Position numbers and translations under genes: made by a program. This document shows, piece after piece, positions 31,547-45,706 of a DNA stretch of 64,000 nucleotides. Below the pieces are notes generated by a model, which did no database searches, was not told the origin of the DNA, and worked only from the letters and a program-made list of their open reading frames with translations. Numbering within the stretch: position 1 is the stretch's first letter; every line of letters begins with the position of its first letter. The DNA is taken from the NCBI RefSeq assembly GCF_009914755.1, contig NC_060935.1; one strand, 5' to 3'. The DNA comes from the human T2T-CHM13v2.0 reference genome, Homo sapiens.

Positions 31547-34500
31547 ATATTTACATCAAATCATAGGATGAATTAAATCAGAGATGAAAGTGACCAAAAA
31601 GGAGATGGCAAGAAGAAGAGTACTTCCCTTGGTTCGACTTATTTCATTATGGGCACAAATGGCCTACAAATTGAAATAAACTTAGAAGATTTCCTAAGCC
31701 AGGCAATCTTTTAACCCTAGACATGCCCTTCTATACCAACATACAGGCTTCAGAGACCTGAGATAACCATTTCCAGCCTTGTAGCCAACCTGCCCCAGCA
31801 GGGCTTCATATGCTGTCATATTCTTGGTCCAACAGGTTTAGTGCTAATGAGAAATCTGGCTCTGTGCTCCTTTCTGGCTCCAAGCACAACTAGGGCAGAT
31901 GGAGGAGCCCTGAGAGCTGGAAATGACAGAATTTTGAAATTTCCCATTAAGCTGGCTTGAGTTTTAGTTACAATGTACACAAAGTAGGAGAATCTGATTT
32001 TACGAGATTATCTAACAATTGATTTTAAACCCAAAAACGAAAATGTATTTCCCATTATTGACAACAACCTAGGAGTGTATAAGGGCATGTGTGGGATCTT
32101 TGCATGCATCCTCCCTTCTCCCCACTCTCATCCTTAATCTCTCTGCCAACCTTGGAGTTGAAATAACCTGAAATTTGAAATTCATGACATATAATCCCTT
32201 TCTATTTCCAAGCAAAAAAAACCCTGCTGGAAAAGTTTGCTCCTAAACTAGCCATGTTGGAGCCCTATCGTTTTCTACTGAATTTTTCTTATTAATTCAG
32301 AATTATGTCCTCATGTAAAATAGAATTTGCCTTTCTTGGGCAAAGGCAGCCACATAGATACAGGTTGGATATCACTCTCTCTGTAGGACATGTGGTCAAG
32401 TTTTAAATACTTGGTACTTGGATTTAAATGCTTGTCCTTTTGGGAAAGCTGAGAATTATTTTCATACTATGAAATTTTGACAGTGTAACCCCAGGGTCTC
32501 AACACTCCTCAAACATCACACTAGGTAAAAATATTGAAATGCTACTGGTAAGAATGTCCCCTTTTCATGTCCAGTGTTTATATTTACTACAAATACTAGG
32601 TCTCTAAGACCTGGGCTCCTGTACTATGCAGCGTCCCCAAGACCATGACTAAAACCGAGCGTGAGAGTCAGTGGATGTCGGACAGGAAGGGATCCCAGAG
32701 TTTACCTCTTCCTATCTATGTGGTTTACGTGAAAAACATCTAAAAGCCGGAAATGGAAGTAATTGGCACAAGGCTGCCCAGCTAACAAGAGGGGCACCAC
32801 AACTCAAAGCTAGGTCCATGGTGCTGCACGAATCTGTATCAGTGTGGGAAAAAGGAATGTTTCGACTTGTGAGACATGATTGAAAACAGAGCAAAAGGGA
32901 AACAGTAAGCTAATTAAACATCTGTGGAACCCTGTGATTTGACGAGAAGTAAACAAAGCAAAGAGGGAAAAGAAGGGAACTTTAGGGACTGGCAGTATAG
33001 CAACCAACTATCGAACAGACAGGGTAACAGATCTGTGGTAACCATAATGGAGGTAATATTTATTAAGCACATTCAATCTGCCTAGAAGTGTGTCAAGCAA
33101 TTTAATGCATCATCTCATTTAATCCTCACAACTATGCAATGAGGTAATAATAATAATAATAATAAATAATGACTACCATTTATTGAGCATCTTTTACATA
33201 TAGACTGAACACTATGCTAAGCATATTATAAATAGTATCTGATTTTATTTATACAACATGATTATGAGGTTGGTACTCTTGTTATCCACAATAGAAAGAG
33301 GAGAAAACTGAGACTTAGAGAAAACAACATTTTCCAGATCACACAACCGGTAAACAGAAGAAACAAATTAAAACCCACATCATTTTATCAAAGAACCTAA
33401 TCTTTTAAATGCATCATTTTATCAAAGAACCTCATCTTTTAAATGGATCACTATTCTGGCTCTCAAGTACAGGTTGCTTAAAAATTAACACAAAAACATT
33501 ATTTATCAATACTCATGGTCTTTTATTTTCCACAAAAAAAATCAGATCTAAAATAAAAGTCAGTATTTTACAAAGAATAGTCTAATTGTCTAATCTATGT
33601 TGCAGGCTGGAGTGAATCACAGTTTTGGCACTGGATCTAGAACTGTTATTGTCTGTGGTGTTAAAAAAATTATGTGTATTAACATGGGAAAACAATTGCA
33701 TAGCCCTTTTGAACGTAAAAGGAAATATGTTTAATGCATGTATATTGAGAAGGGGGGAAGGGGGAGAGAGAGAGAGACAGAGAGAGGCAATATGACAGAA
33801 TTCAATTCACTGCTTCCAGGATTCTGTAGGAGGCCATGCTGTTCGATAATTTCAGAACTATAATTTTAAAATGAGTAATCTTGGTAACCAAATCCATTAG
33901 TGAAGCATGCTATAGAAAACAAACATCGTGTGATGACTGGCCCTAGACAAACTGACAAGCTTTGTTTTTTGCTTTTGAAACTCCAGGCATTATTTACATA
34001 CACTCAGCTCTAACACAGGATCCTTTAATTAAGACTTTTACACTTATCTGTACATAAAAATGGAAATTATTTCAATAACAGCACATCTTTTTCTTTTGCT
34101 AAATTGCCAGTTAGAAAGGAAAATTATAGAAATTCACTGAATGGTACTGAATGATTACCTCTAAAGGTTAATTATGTCCCCTTAAATGGGACTCACTTAA
34201 CTATTCTCTTCTTTGTCCGCTGAAGCAGTAAGGGACTGATACTGAACTGAAGGACGGGAACAGGGGACACTGAGGGCTTGTTGCCAGGTGGCAGCTGTCA
34301 AGGTGATTTAATAGCTATTCAAAGATCATTTCTTTCTGCTTTTCAGTTCTCCAGGAGCCAGTTTACCTTTAGCTGCTTTTGAAGGGGGGGCAACTGTTTG
34401 AGCGGGAGGGAAGCATGCATTTGAAGTAGCACACAGGTATAAACATGGGTGATAGAAGTCTTATATACTTGACCTTTACCACACACTTGGAGAAATGGTG

Positions 34501-36274
34501 CACATTAGGCCTAGACTAGAGGAAAGAGTTTAATTTTCCATTTGGATCCCCATGGAGTGCTTAGGATCATACTTTTTCCAAGGCAATTTATCACTAATTC
34601 TTCCATCCATTATCTGTCCCCACCCCCTCCTCAAGGGCAGGCACAGGGCTAGGTGCTTTACTTGCATATACAGGCACTAGAGCAGAGTAACAGAGTTAGA
34701 TTTTGGCTTGACTATTGGCTTTGCCACCTAAGAGCTGTGTGATTTAGAACAGGCTTCTCAACTCTGAGCCATATTTTCCTAATTGTAAAAATAGGTCAAT
34801 AATGTTTTATCTCTCACCGAATTGGTGTAGGGATTAAATAAGGTTAAATGAGAAAATGCCTAAAACATAGTCAGCATCTGATAAATAGTAGGCATATTAG
34901 GTACCATCATTTCCATTTCAGGTATGAGAAAACTGAGGCTTAAAAAGATAAGTGACTTGTGCAAGATCTTAATTCTAGTAATGAACAGAGATAAGATCTC
35001 ACCCCAGGAGTATGAGAAACATACTCCTCACAGTAGCATGCCTCTCCTTTAATAAACTCACCATCTAGGGAGGAAAATAGTCCCTTAATCTTGGAATTTT
35101 CTACAACCATTATAACGGAAGTGCTATGAGAGTAGGTGCAGAGGTGAAAGCCTCTAGGAAGGCATGGTGCCTGAATGGAGTCTTGAAAAACCATTAAGAA
35201 CCCCATAAACTGAATGGGAAGGAGGAAGAGACAGTATGCAGATTGAAGAAAGGGCCTGTGCAAAGGAAAGGAGAAATGAAGGAACAAAGTGCTTCCTGAG
35301 GCTCCATCCAGGGCTTTTAGGGGAAGCAGCAGAGGAGGGTGTAGAGGTAGGCAGAGTCCAAGTTAAAATAGTCTTCTTTACCTATTTGGTGATCAAGAGC
35401 AGTGGGTATGTTTTAAATAGATGGAGAAACTCAAGGGTTAAAATGGCTGGAAGCGAATGACACTTGAATCTTTTCCATTTTCACGTGGAAACAGAACATC
35501 CCTCCCACCAGGCAGGCTGGCCTAATGTTTCCATGCCAACCAATTGCAGAGGCCTGGGATAGGCTAAGCCTAAGTCAGGGGAGTGGCATGGGTAAACAAG
35601 AACACAGAGGGGAAAAGCTAGGGTTAGGGTCAAACTATGGAGGCAGGCAGCAAGGGGAGTGAGGAGCAGTGTACTATGGAGTCGGGAAGACTGGAGCAGT
35701 AAGAACCAGAACCAGAAATGAGGATTGGGTAAACCTAGTTGTACCTGAATTTACTGCAAGCCCAGTCATTGCTATATACACATGTGCACACACACATATG
35801 CGCACACTCAAACTATTAATATGTTCTTTGGCGCTCAGCTGCACTCTGAACATTTTCAAAGGGACCTCATGAAAATTAAGAATTTCTAATCAGTTCATTT
35901 CATCACTGGAAATCAAAATGTAAATGTGAGAACTCTGATTTTCAAGAAATCTTACCAACCTTTTCAATCTGTTTTACAAAGTTATTTATTTTTGAAACAG
36001 GGGGTTCTATTTTTGCTGAGTGTTAGCAAATTGTAGCATCAGATTCAAGGTTGGTTTCCAAATTCTGAGTCAACTAATGTTAAATGTGATTAAAATTGAA
36101 AGTCATTTTAGGAACTGGCCTTCTCATTAGCTAGCTGCAGGTTTGCACTAGACTTCCATGCAAGAAATCTGAGACTTTAAAGAAATGATTATTTTCAGCT
36201 TAAACATGAGCTGAGGAAGTAAAGGTAATTTTTTTAAAAAGAAAAGAAACCAAAAAAAGAAAGAAAAGATAAAA

Positions 36275-36450
36275 TAGTGGTTCTCAGATTTGCTGCATAC
36301 TGGGATCACTAGCAAAGCTTTAAAAACACTAATGCCTGGGGACCCACTCCCAGAGATTCTGATTTAGAGTAGGTCTGGGCTGGGGTGAGACATCAAGGTT
36401 TTGAAGAGCTCTACAGGTGCTTCTTACCTCGAGCTAAGGTTGAGATACAA
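36275..36450. mobile_element. MER5A-like hAT-Charlie element
   Basis: AGTGGTTCTCA start, CCCAGAGATTCTGATTT core, AAGGTTGAGA end. Confidence 0.7.
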
Positions 36451-36905
36451 TGAGATAAAGCAGAGAGGCAGCTAGTAAACAAGGCGATTTTTGGCCCCTC
36501 CCTGGAAAGAAAGCCAGTGTGAACTTGATGAAGTAGGAAAGAGGCTGAGACCTGATTTACAATGGCAGTGGCTCCCTGCTCTTGATCAATGTGAGTTCCA
36601 AATTCAGTGTAGGGTGGGGAGGTGGAGTTGGAGGTTCTTTTATTATTGGTCCCTCCACTACACTGGGAGTACCCTAAAGCAAGGACTGAGTACTTTTATC
36701 CTTGTATTCCTTGGACATGTCTAACTGTCTGCAATATGGGATATCAACAGTTGTTTGTAAAACGAATGAATGAAAAAGTTTGAGGTCGAGTATGTGAAAT
36801 GAATGTTACAGAGACTCAATTTTTACCAGATTTCTTTCTTAGCACATTCAAGAAGTCATGCGCATGGGCAACTGCAGCGTGCTTTAATAGAAAAAAATAA
36901 TAAAC

Positions 36906-37205
36906 AAGCTGGGAGCGATAGATCATGCCTATAATCTCGGCACTTTGGGAGGCGGAGGTGGGTGGATTGCTTGCACCCAGGAATTTGCAACCAGCCTGGG
37001 CAACATGGCCAAACTCCATCCCTACAAAAAATACAAAAATTAGCCAAGCCTGGTGGTGCATACCTGTAGTTGCAGCTAGTAGGGAGGCTGAGGTGGGAAG
37101 ATCACCTGAGCCTGGGGAGGTTGAGGCTGCAGTGAGCCGTGATCACACCACTGCACTCCAGCCTGGGCAACAGAGCAAGACCCTGTCTCAACAACAACAA
37201 CAAAC
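36906..37205 (+). mobile_element. AluJ with (CAA)n tail
   Basis: Dimeric Alu with J-type GGATTGCTTG and GACCCTGTCTC. Confidence 0.92.
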
Positions 37206-37928
37206 CAACCAGATGCCGTCTTTAATTTCAGTGAACTTAACAAATATTTATGCAACTTTCTGTTTGGGTTCTGTGCTAGATCCTTAGAACCACAGACTGA
37301 TACTTCCAGCAAAAGATTAAGTTCTAGAATCCTATCTAATTAGTCCAATATTTTAAGAAGTACTTGTTTTTCAATGGCATAGCACAGCTGATTTGCTTTG
37401 GGTGGCTTAAAAAGGGTAGCAAGTGGTATTCTGGATGGAGCTAGGGCAGATCATTCAGCATTTCTTTGTGTTTTCAACAGCGTTTCATGTAAGCAAATTT
37501 CTAAAAGCAGTGTTTCCCAAACTTCCTTTTACCTAAGCAGCACCTGGGGTTCTTGCTTATATCTTCATTTCTGAGGAATATTCATTACCAGGCAAGTTTA
37601 GGAAGCACCATTACAGAGGGTCTGCAAGTCTTCAGAATATCTTATTCTGCATCGAAGTCCTGACTGCAGCATTATTACAGGTGAAATGATGAAGGTGGAA
37701 TTGGGAGAAGGGAAGGAAACAGGAAATGACAAATAACAGGGCTATGTTGTGACAGGCACTTTACAAGGCAATTGACATTACTGTTGGCTATAATACTTGC
37801 AACAACGCTTTATTAAAATGAATACTGTTATTCCTATTCTAGCAACATGACCCAAGGGTCATAATCGCTCTTGGCTTCCATCATCATGGGTTCATTTTGC
37901 CTGTTCTTGAATGTTATATAAATCATAT

Positions 37929-38468
37929 TGTGGTGGGCAGAATAACACCCCCTCATCCCTAATCCCTGGAATCTGTAATATGTTCCCTTACATAACAAAA
38001 GAGACTTTGCAGATGTGATTAAGGTTAAGAAACTTGAAATGTGGAGATTATCCTGGATTATCCTTCGTGGATCCAATCTAATCACATCAATCCTTAAAAG
38101 CAGAGTATCTTTTGCAAGTGGGTCAGAGAGATACGCCATGAGAAGCACTCAACTTGCAATTGTTGATTCTGAAGATGGAAGAAGGGGGCCACGAGCCATG
38201 GAATGCAGCAGCCTCTAGAAGAGGATGGCCCTAGGCTGACAGGAGCAAGATAACAGGGACTTTGGTCTTACAACTGCGTGGAATTGAATTCAGCCAACAA
38301 TTCAAATAAACTTCCAGAAAGAAACACAGCCTGCTGATACCTTGACTTTAATCTGGTGAGACCCATAGTGGACATCTGATATACAAAATTGTAAGATGAT
38401 AATTACGTTTTTTTAAGCCATTAAATTTGTGGTGATTTGTTTCTACAGCAGCCTAGAAAACTAATATG
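37929..38468 (+). mobile_element. MaLR solo LTR (MLT1D/E-like)
   Basis: TGTGGTGGGCAGAATAA start, GACTTTGCAGATGTGATTAAGG core and AAACTAATA end. Perfect 5-bp TSD CATAT (37924-37928 and 38469-38473). Confidence 0.85.
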
Positions 38469-40200
38469 CATATAGTAGTGTGTATGTGTGTGTGTGTGTC
38501 TGGCTTATTGTACTTAATATAATATTTGCAAGATTCCTATCTGCTATTATTGATTTTCATTGTTGTATATTATCCTTTTGTTCAAATATGCCATAATTTA
38601 TTTACCTATTCTATTGTTGATGGACATTTGGTTATTCCCAGGTTTAGGCTATTACAAACAATGCTGCCATGCACATCCCTGTATATATTTTTGTTGAACA
38701 CATGTACTCATTACTATTGGGTATATACCTAGGGATAGATCATAGGGTATATGTTTGGCTCTGATAGATACTGACAAAAAATCTTCCAATGTGGTGGTTT
38801 ACTTCCCATGAGCAATGTTTGAGACTCTCTACATGTTCACAAACACTTGGTATGAACAGTCTTTAATTTTAGCCATTCTGGGAGTACCACCATTTCATGT
38901 GAATTGACCGTTTTACATATCCTCTTTTAAGAAATGCCTGTTCAAGTCTTTTGTCCATTAAAAAAAAATGTTTTTTTTTTCTCAAAGACTTGTAGCTGCT
39001 CTTTACATATTCTGAAGATAAATTTCTTTTCCAGATGTCTGGATTACAAATATCTTTTCCTGTGCTCTGTCTTGCCCCATTCTCTTCATGGTGTCTTTAG
39101 ATGAACAGAGGTTTGTATTTTAATGTAGTTCATCAATATTTTCCTTTGTGATTAGTATGCTTTGTGCCTGTTTAATACTTAATCTTTGCCTATCACACAC
39201 TTAGGAAGTTATTTTTCAATATTATCTTCTAGACTTTTATTGTTTTACATTTTATATTTTTATCTATAATCCATGTAGAAAGATTTTTGTGTATAGTGTG
39301 AGGTTGGGTCAAGAGCCATTTTTAAAAAAGTTGGATATCCAATTGATGCAGTGTCATTTACTAAAAAGATCATCCTTTTCCACTTCAGAGCAATTTTACT
39401 TTTGTCATAAAATCAAGAGGTTGTATGTGTGTGTTATTGTTTCTGCACTCTATATTATTCCATTGGTCTACTTGTCTACACTTATACCAATTTCATACTG
39501 CCTGTAATTATGTAACCTCATAATAAATCCTAACATCATATAATGTAAATTCTCTGACTTCATTTTTCTGTGTTTTGCCTATTGTTGGTCTTTTATATTT
39601 CCATATTAATATTAGAATCACTTTGTCTAATCTATCACCATCACCAACAAATAAATAAAAAATATCTTCTGAGATGTTGATAGGAATTGCAGTGAATCAA
39701 TATATCAGTTTGGGAGAAATGAAATCTTTGCCACATTGCATCTTCCTATTCATGAATAAGGTATACCCCACATTTATGCATCTTCCTTTAATAACATTTG
39801 TGGCTTTTTTGTATAGTGGTGCTCTTTTGTCAGTTCTATTCCTATGACTTTAATGTTTTTCACTCCTACTGTCAATGATATGTTTAGTTTTCTTATTGTT
39901 TAGTATTGTTATATGGAAATACAACTGATTACTTTGATATTAACCTTGTTATTTAGTAAAATTGCTAAAGTTACTTTTTAATTATAGCAGTCTATCTAGT
40001 TATTTTGAATTTTAAACATACAGAATTATGTTACCAGAAAATAAGGATCATTTTATTGTTTTCCTTCCAATCATCTTACTTTTTCTTGCACCTCCCCTTA
40101 ATAGCAGTAGTGATAGAAGGGTAGAGTAGTGATAGAAGGTGTCTCATACCTGTTTCCAGGGAAAAAGCTTCCAAAATTTCATTACTAAGTATGGTGTTTA

Positions 40201-40473
40201 GGCTGGCTCCCTGGCTCACACCTGTAATCCCAGCACTTTGGGAGGATCACTTGTGGCCAGGAGTTAGAACAGCCTGACCAACATGGTGAAACTCCATCTC
40301 TACTAAAAATACAAAAATTAGCCAAGCATGGTGGTGCATGGCTATAGTCCCAGGTACTCAGGAGGCTAAAGCATGAAAATCACTTGACTAGGGGAGGCAG
40401 AGGTTGCAGTGAGCCAAGATCTTGGCACTACATTCCAGACTGTGTGATGGAGTGAGACTCTGTCTCAAAAAAA
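40201..40473 (+). mobile_element. AluS-like with small left-arm deletion
   Basis: Dimeric Alu. Degenerate TSD AAGTATGGTGTTT / AAGTACAATGTTT. Confidence 0.9.
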
Positions 40474-43079
40474 AGTACAATGTTTGCCTTTTATTAGATT
40501 TAGGAAGCCCATTATTTTTCACGTTTTCTAAGAACTTTTGTTCACAGATGAGTTTTGAATTTTATTGAATGGTTTTCCTGTAATATTTAGATGATCATCT
40601 GAATCTTATCTTTTATTCTGTTAATGTGATTTTCTAATGTTAAAGCGTTCTTTCATTTCTGTAATAAATTCCAGCAGGTCATGATAATATTATTCTTTCT
40701 GTTTTGGGAAATACAGTCATCTAATATATAAAATATATCACTAGATATAAAATATATATCACTAGATTTATTTTGCTAATATTTGATATGTTTAATTTGA
40801 TGTTTATGAGAGAGATTGGAGTATAAATTTCCTTTCTTACAATGACCTTGTTATGTTTTGGTATCACGGTGATGTTAACATTGTAAAAAGCTAGGAAGTA
40901 CCCTCTCTTTTCTAATTTCTGAAATAGTTTGTATAAGACGCTAGGTGATTTACAAACGTTATTCCTCATAAACTTTAAATGAGTATTTCTATTATACCCA
41001 TTTTATGGAAAAAGCGGAGGCCTAGAGGGAGAAGAATTATGTTACTGAGGTCATAAGAAAGGTACTAAGTGGCCAAGCCAGGATTTAAGGCCAGGTATTT
41101 CTGACTCCAGAACCCAAGCTTTTGGCCTACTCTACTCTGCTGTGAACTCATAAATGCATGGCTGATTGAGTTAGAATTCTACAGGACTTATCATTTCATT
41201 CTATGGTAGTGTATACCTCCTATGGAGGGGAAATATACTGCCAAAGATAACAACAACAACAAAAATACAGCTTTGCTTTTGGAACCTACTACAAGAGACT
41301 CCATCATAGTTAGCTTCTCAAATCTCCCCTATTTCCTACCCTCTGCATAGGTGTCAGATCCTGGAGCAGAATTTGTGTTCACAATAATAGCTTATTATTT
41401 TCCTCTGTTTTTTTGCAACTAACTTCAGCTGGATCCTCAAAGACATGTCTGATTCATCTTTTTACCCCTGACAGCATCCTATGTAGTATTTTATAATTAA
41501 TACTCACTGAAGAAAAACTTAAACCCGTATCCATTCCATCATACTTGCTCTAAGGCAGTCAGAAGATCCTGCAATCGTCTTATCCTCTGTGTAGCATCCT
41601 GTAGCAGGAAACCTCATGCCTCTTTGCTAAGGATGCATCATCAACGAATGCATCCCATGGTTTACATCTGAACTAGTATAACTTCATGTCAAAGATCTAC
41701 TCACTGACCATCTTTAACGTCCTCATTTATTACTGAGGGAGTTGCACTATATATTAGATGACTATATTTCCCAAAACTTATAGAACTTGCTTTAACAATT
41801 TTAAGTACCTACAGGAATGAGAGAGCATATATGAAATCAAATACATCTAAGAAAATGTGGTATTTCTAGAAGCCATGGAAATTAAGGTTAAGAGCCGGTA
41901 TTTGGCATAGGACAGAATTGAGTTTTTATCATGTTGTCCTTCTTTGCTGTGTAAATATGGGTGATAACTTCAGCTATCTAACCTTGGTTTCATTAACTGT
42001 AAAATGGGAATAGTAATGATGCTCCCTCATAGATACTGTGAGAATTAAATGTTCACTGCCAGCTCCTCATCCTCAGGATACTTGAATCTATCATGTAATC
42101 AAGGGCTCATAAGAGGATTTGAGTGTGTTGTGGAGGTGGAAGTATCATGGAGGCCCCCATTTATGAGGAAAGGGGCAGGAACACAGAATTTTAGGAAAAG
42201 AGAAAAGTTATCTTATGAACAGCCAGCAATGGTGTTCATTCAGCATAGGCCTTTTAGGTGGAGAAACTCCCCACTCATCTGGATTTACAGCAACCAGAAA
42301 CACAAGCAGAGACCCCTTCCTGATGATTGCCTAGGAACCCTCATTAACAGAAAAAGTAAGATGACACTGGCTCCAAAGAAGCCACTGGAACTAGTAAAGA
42401 GGTTTGTCTACAGTAAGAGCTACAAAGTTAATTTAAATGAGAATTAGATTTTCATGTTAGAGGGCATTAGAAGCTATTAAATACCCTGTTTGTTGCAAAC
42501 TTATACTCAATTCACACCACATTTTCTCATTATGTTACCTGTGGAATCAGATAATTGTATGTTTTTTCATATATATAAAAGTATGGAATCCTGAGTTTGA
42601 AAGGACATGTCTGCCTTTTAAGACAATTAAGGGGAAAAAGTACATGAGGTAAGCAATCTGGTTTGAAACAATGTAGAATATACAATGTTATAAAATACAA
42701 TGAAAGATACTATAATGTGATGATATCTTTAAAAAAAATCTGTTTTTTTAAACACACAAAATTGTATGTATAAAACGTGTAACTTTTTGCATATCAATTA
42801 TATCTCAATAAAGCTGTCAAAAAGTGGGTCTGTTTTAAAATGTAGAAAGAATGACAACTTTAAAAATGAAAAATAATTTTGATGATGAAAGATTCCTTTT
42901 TATCTTTTAATAAGTATCACTGAAAAGCATCAGCTTATCACAGAAGATGGGTCTGGGCTTATTATTTATTGAGAAAATGGCATAAAAGATGAAGAAAGCA
43001 TACGTACACAAAGAAAAAGAAAATCTAAAAGACGTCTTTCTTTGTCAAGAAAAGGACAAAGTTAAAAAAATGCATTCCT

Positions 43080-43417
<338 letters not shown>

Positions 43418-44290
43418 TTAAACAACTTAGTCATCATGATGCTTACTTTAATTTTTTTAGCTATAAGGTAAGATTATATGGATAGAAAAAATATGGAGAT
43501 CTATCTAGTGAGGTTTTAAAACTACAAATTTATAATATTTGGAGGACTTTTTCTGATGCTCAGATTATGTTCATAAGTTTCTTCTGGCATTAAAATGCCC
43601 TCTCTTCTAGAAAATGATGGCAATATTAAAGAGCAACCAATTCAAATATATATTATAATTTGCCTTTTTGTTTATTATTTTTAGAATTCTTACTTGGTGC
43701 AATTTAGTTGTCAATTCCCTATCAACGCCATGATTTTTTTTTTCTTAATTGTAATGTTGCCAGTCAGGGGAATTTACAAATCTTGCACCCTCTGAATTTT
43801 GGCAATGACATATGGGAAGGACACAAGCATCCAACCGGTCTCACTGTTTTTCAAAGTCATCTGAGGCACTTTTATGCATTTTCTTTAAAACTTAGGCCTG
43901 AAGAGAAGGGCCAAGAGGCAGAAACTTTTGCAGAACAAGAAGACCAAAGTGTCCTGCAGGTGCTAAATAAATGTGAAATGATGCTACTTAGCTTTTGAAA
44001 GATTTGCTTTAGTGAAGACAGATGACTCAAAGTGGCCCCTTGACAGTTTAGGGCAAGTGGGAATGTAGTTTCTCAAGCAGGAAGATGGCTGGAAGAAAAT
44101 GTTTCTACATATCATAAAAGCAGGCATATGCTTAATTTGTAAAAAATACTCTTTTAGAAAAAGAATAAGGCCTGGATCCTTGAAAATGTTCCCAGTGCTG
44201 ATTTTGTGTTTCTTACCTCTACTATACTACATATTAAGGAAAATAATCATGCTTTTAGTTTTGAATTAAATGTCCTAAGTCGGGGGTCAA

Positions 44291-44773
<483 letters not shown>

Positions 44774-44984
44774 GCAACCCATTGTGTGATAGGCACTTCA
44801 ACTGTGCTCTTTAATGTGGGAATTCATAGGCATAGAGCTATGCTGGCTGTAGAATCTATCCTGGAACAAGAGAGGCAGGGACCTGGCTCATACAACTGTA
44901 ATGATCACAACTCATTAGGGACTCTCTCAATTTAATCACAAATCCATATGCTCTGGGCATCTTCAAACTCAACTGTCCATTCGA

Positions 44985-45706
44985 CATTTAAATTTTTGAT
45001 GTAGGCATTTAGTGCTATAAACTTTCCTTTTAACACTGCTTTTGTTGCATCCCAGAGATTTTTGTATATTGTATTTCTGATTTCATTTATTTCAAATATT
45101 TTTTTATTTCTGCCTTAATTTTGCTGTTTACCCAAAAGCCATTCAGGAGCAAGTTGTTTAATTTCCATGTAATCATGTAGTTTTGAGAGATCTTCCTGGT
45201 AGTAATTACTATTTTTATTCCACTGTGGTCTGAAAGTATGGTTGGTAAGATCTCAATTTTTTTTGAATTTATTGAGAATCACTTTATGGCTGAACTTGTG
45301 GTTAATCTTATAATATGTTCCATATGCATATCAGAAGAATGTATATCCTGTGTTTGATGGGTGGAGTATTCTGTAGATGTCCAATTGGTTCAGTCACATT
45401 GAAGTCAAGAATTAAATTTAAGTCAAATTTAAGTCCAGAATTTCTTTGTTAGTTTTTCTGTGTCTATGATCTAAAGCTGTCAATGGGGTGTTGAAGTCTC
45501 CAACTATTATTGCGTGACTAAGTCTTTTCATAGGTCTAGAAGGTTTTATGAGTCCGGGTGCTCCAATGTTGGGTGTGTATATATTTAAGATAGTTAAGTC
45601 TTCTTGTTGAATTGAACTCTTAATCATTGTGTACTATCCTTCTTTATCTTTTTTTTTCTGTTGTTGGTTTAAAGTCTATTTTATTTGATATAAGAATAGT
45701 GACTCT
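44985..45706 (-). mobile_element. Internal L1 (L1PB/L1MA-age) ORF2 endonuclease fragment
   Basis: ORF 45418-45627 reads SIQQEDLTILNIYTPNIGAP...IVGDFNTPL, homologous to the L1 endonuclease. Confidence 0.88.

Larger units (their letters stand above)
37850..40950 (-). mobile_element. Long decayed L1M (ORF2 3' half and 3'UTR), interrupted by MLT1 and Alu
   Basis: T-rich reverse L1 motifs throughout (GATGGACATTTGG, TTTTAGCCATTCTG, ATCAGTTTGGGAGA). Confidence 0.75.
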
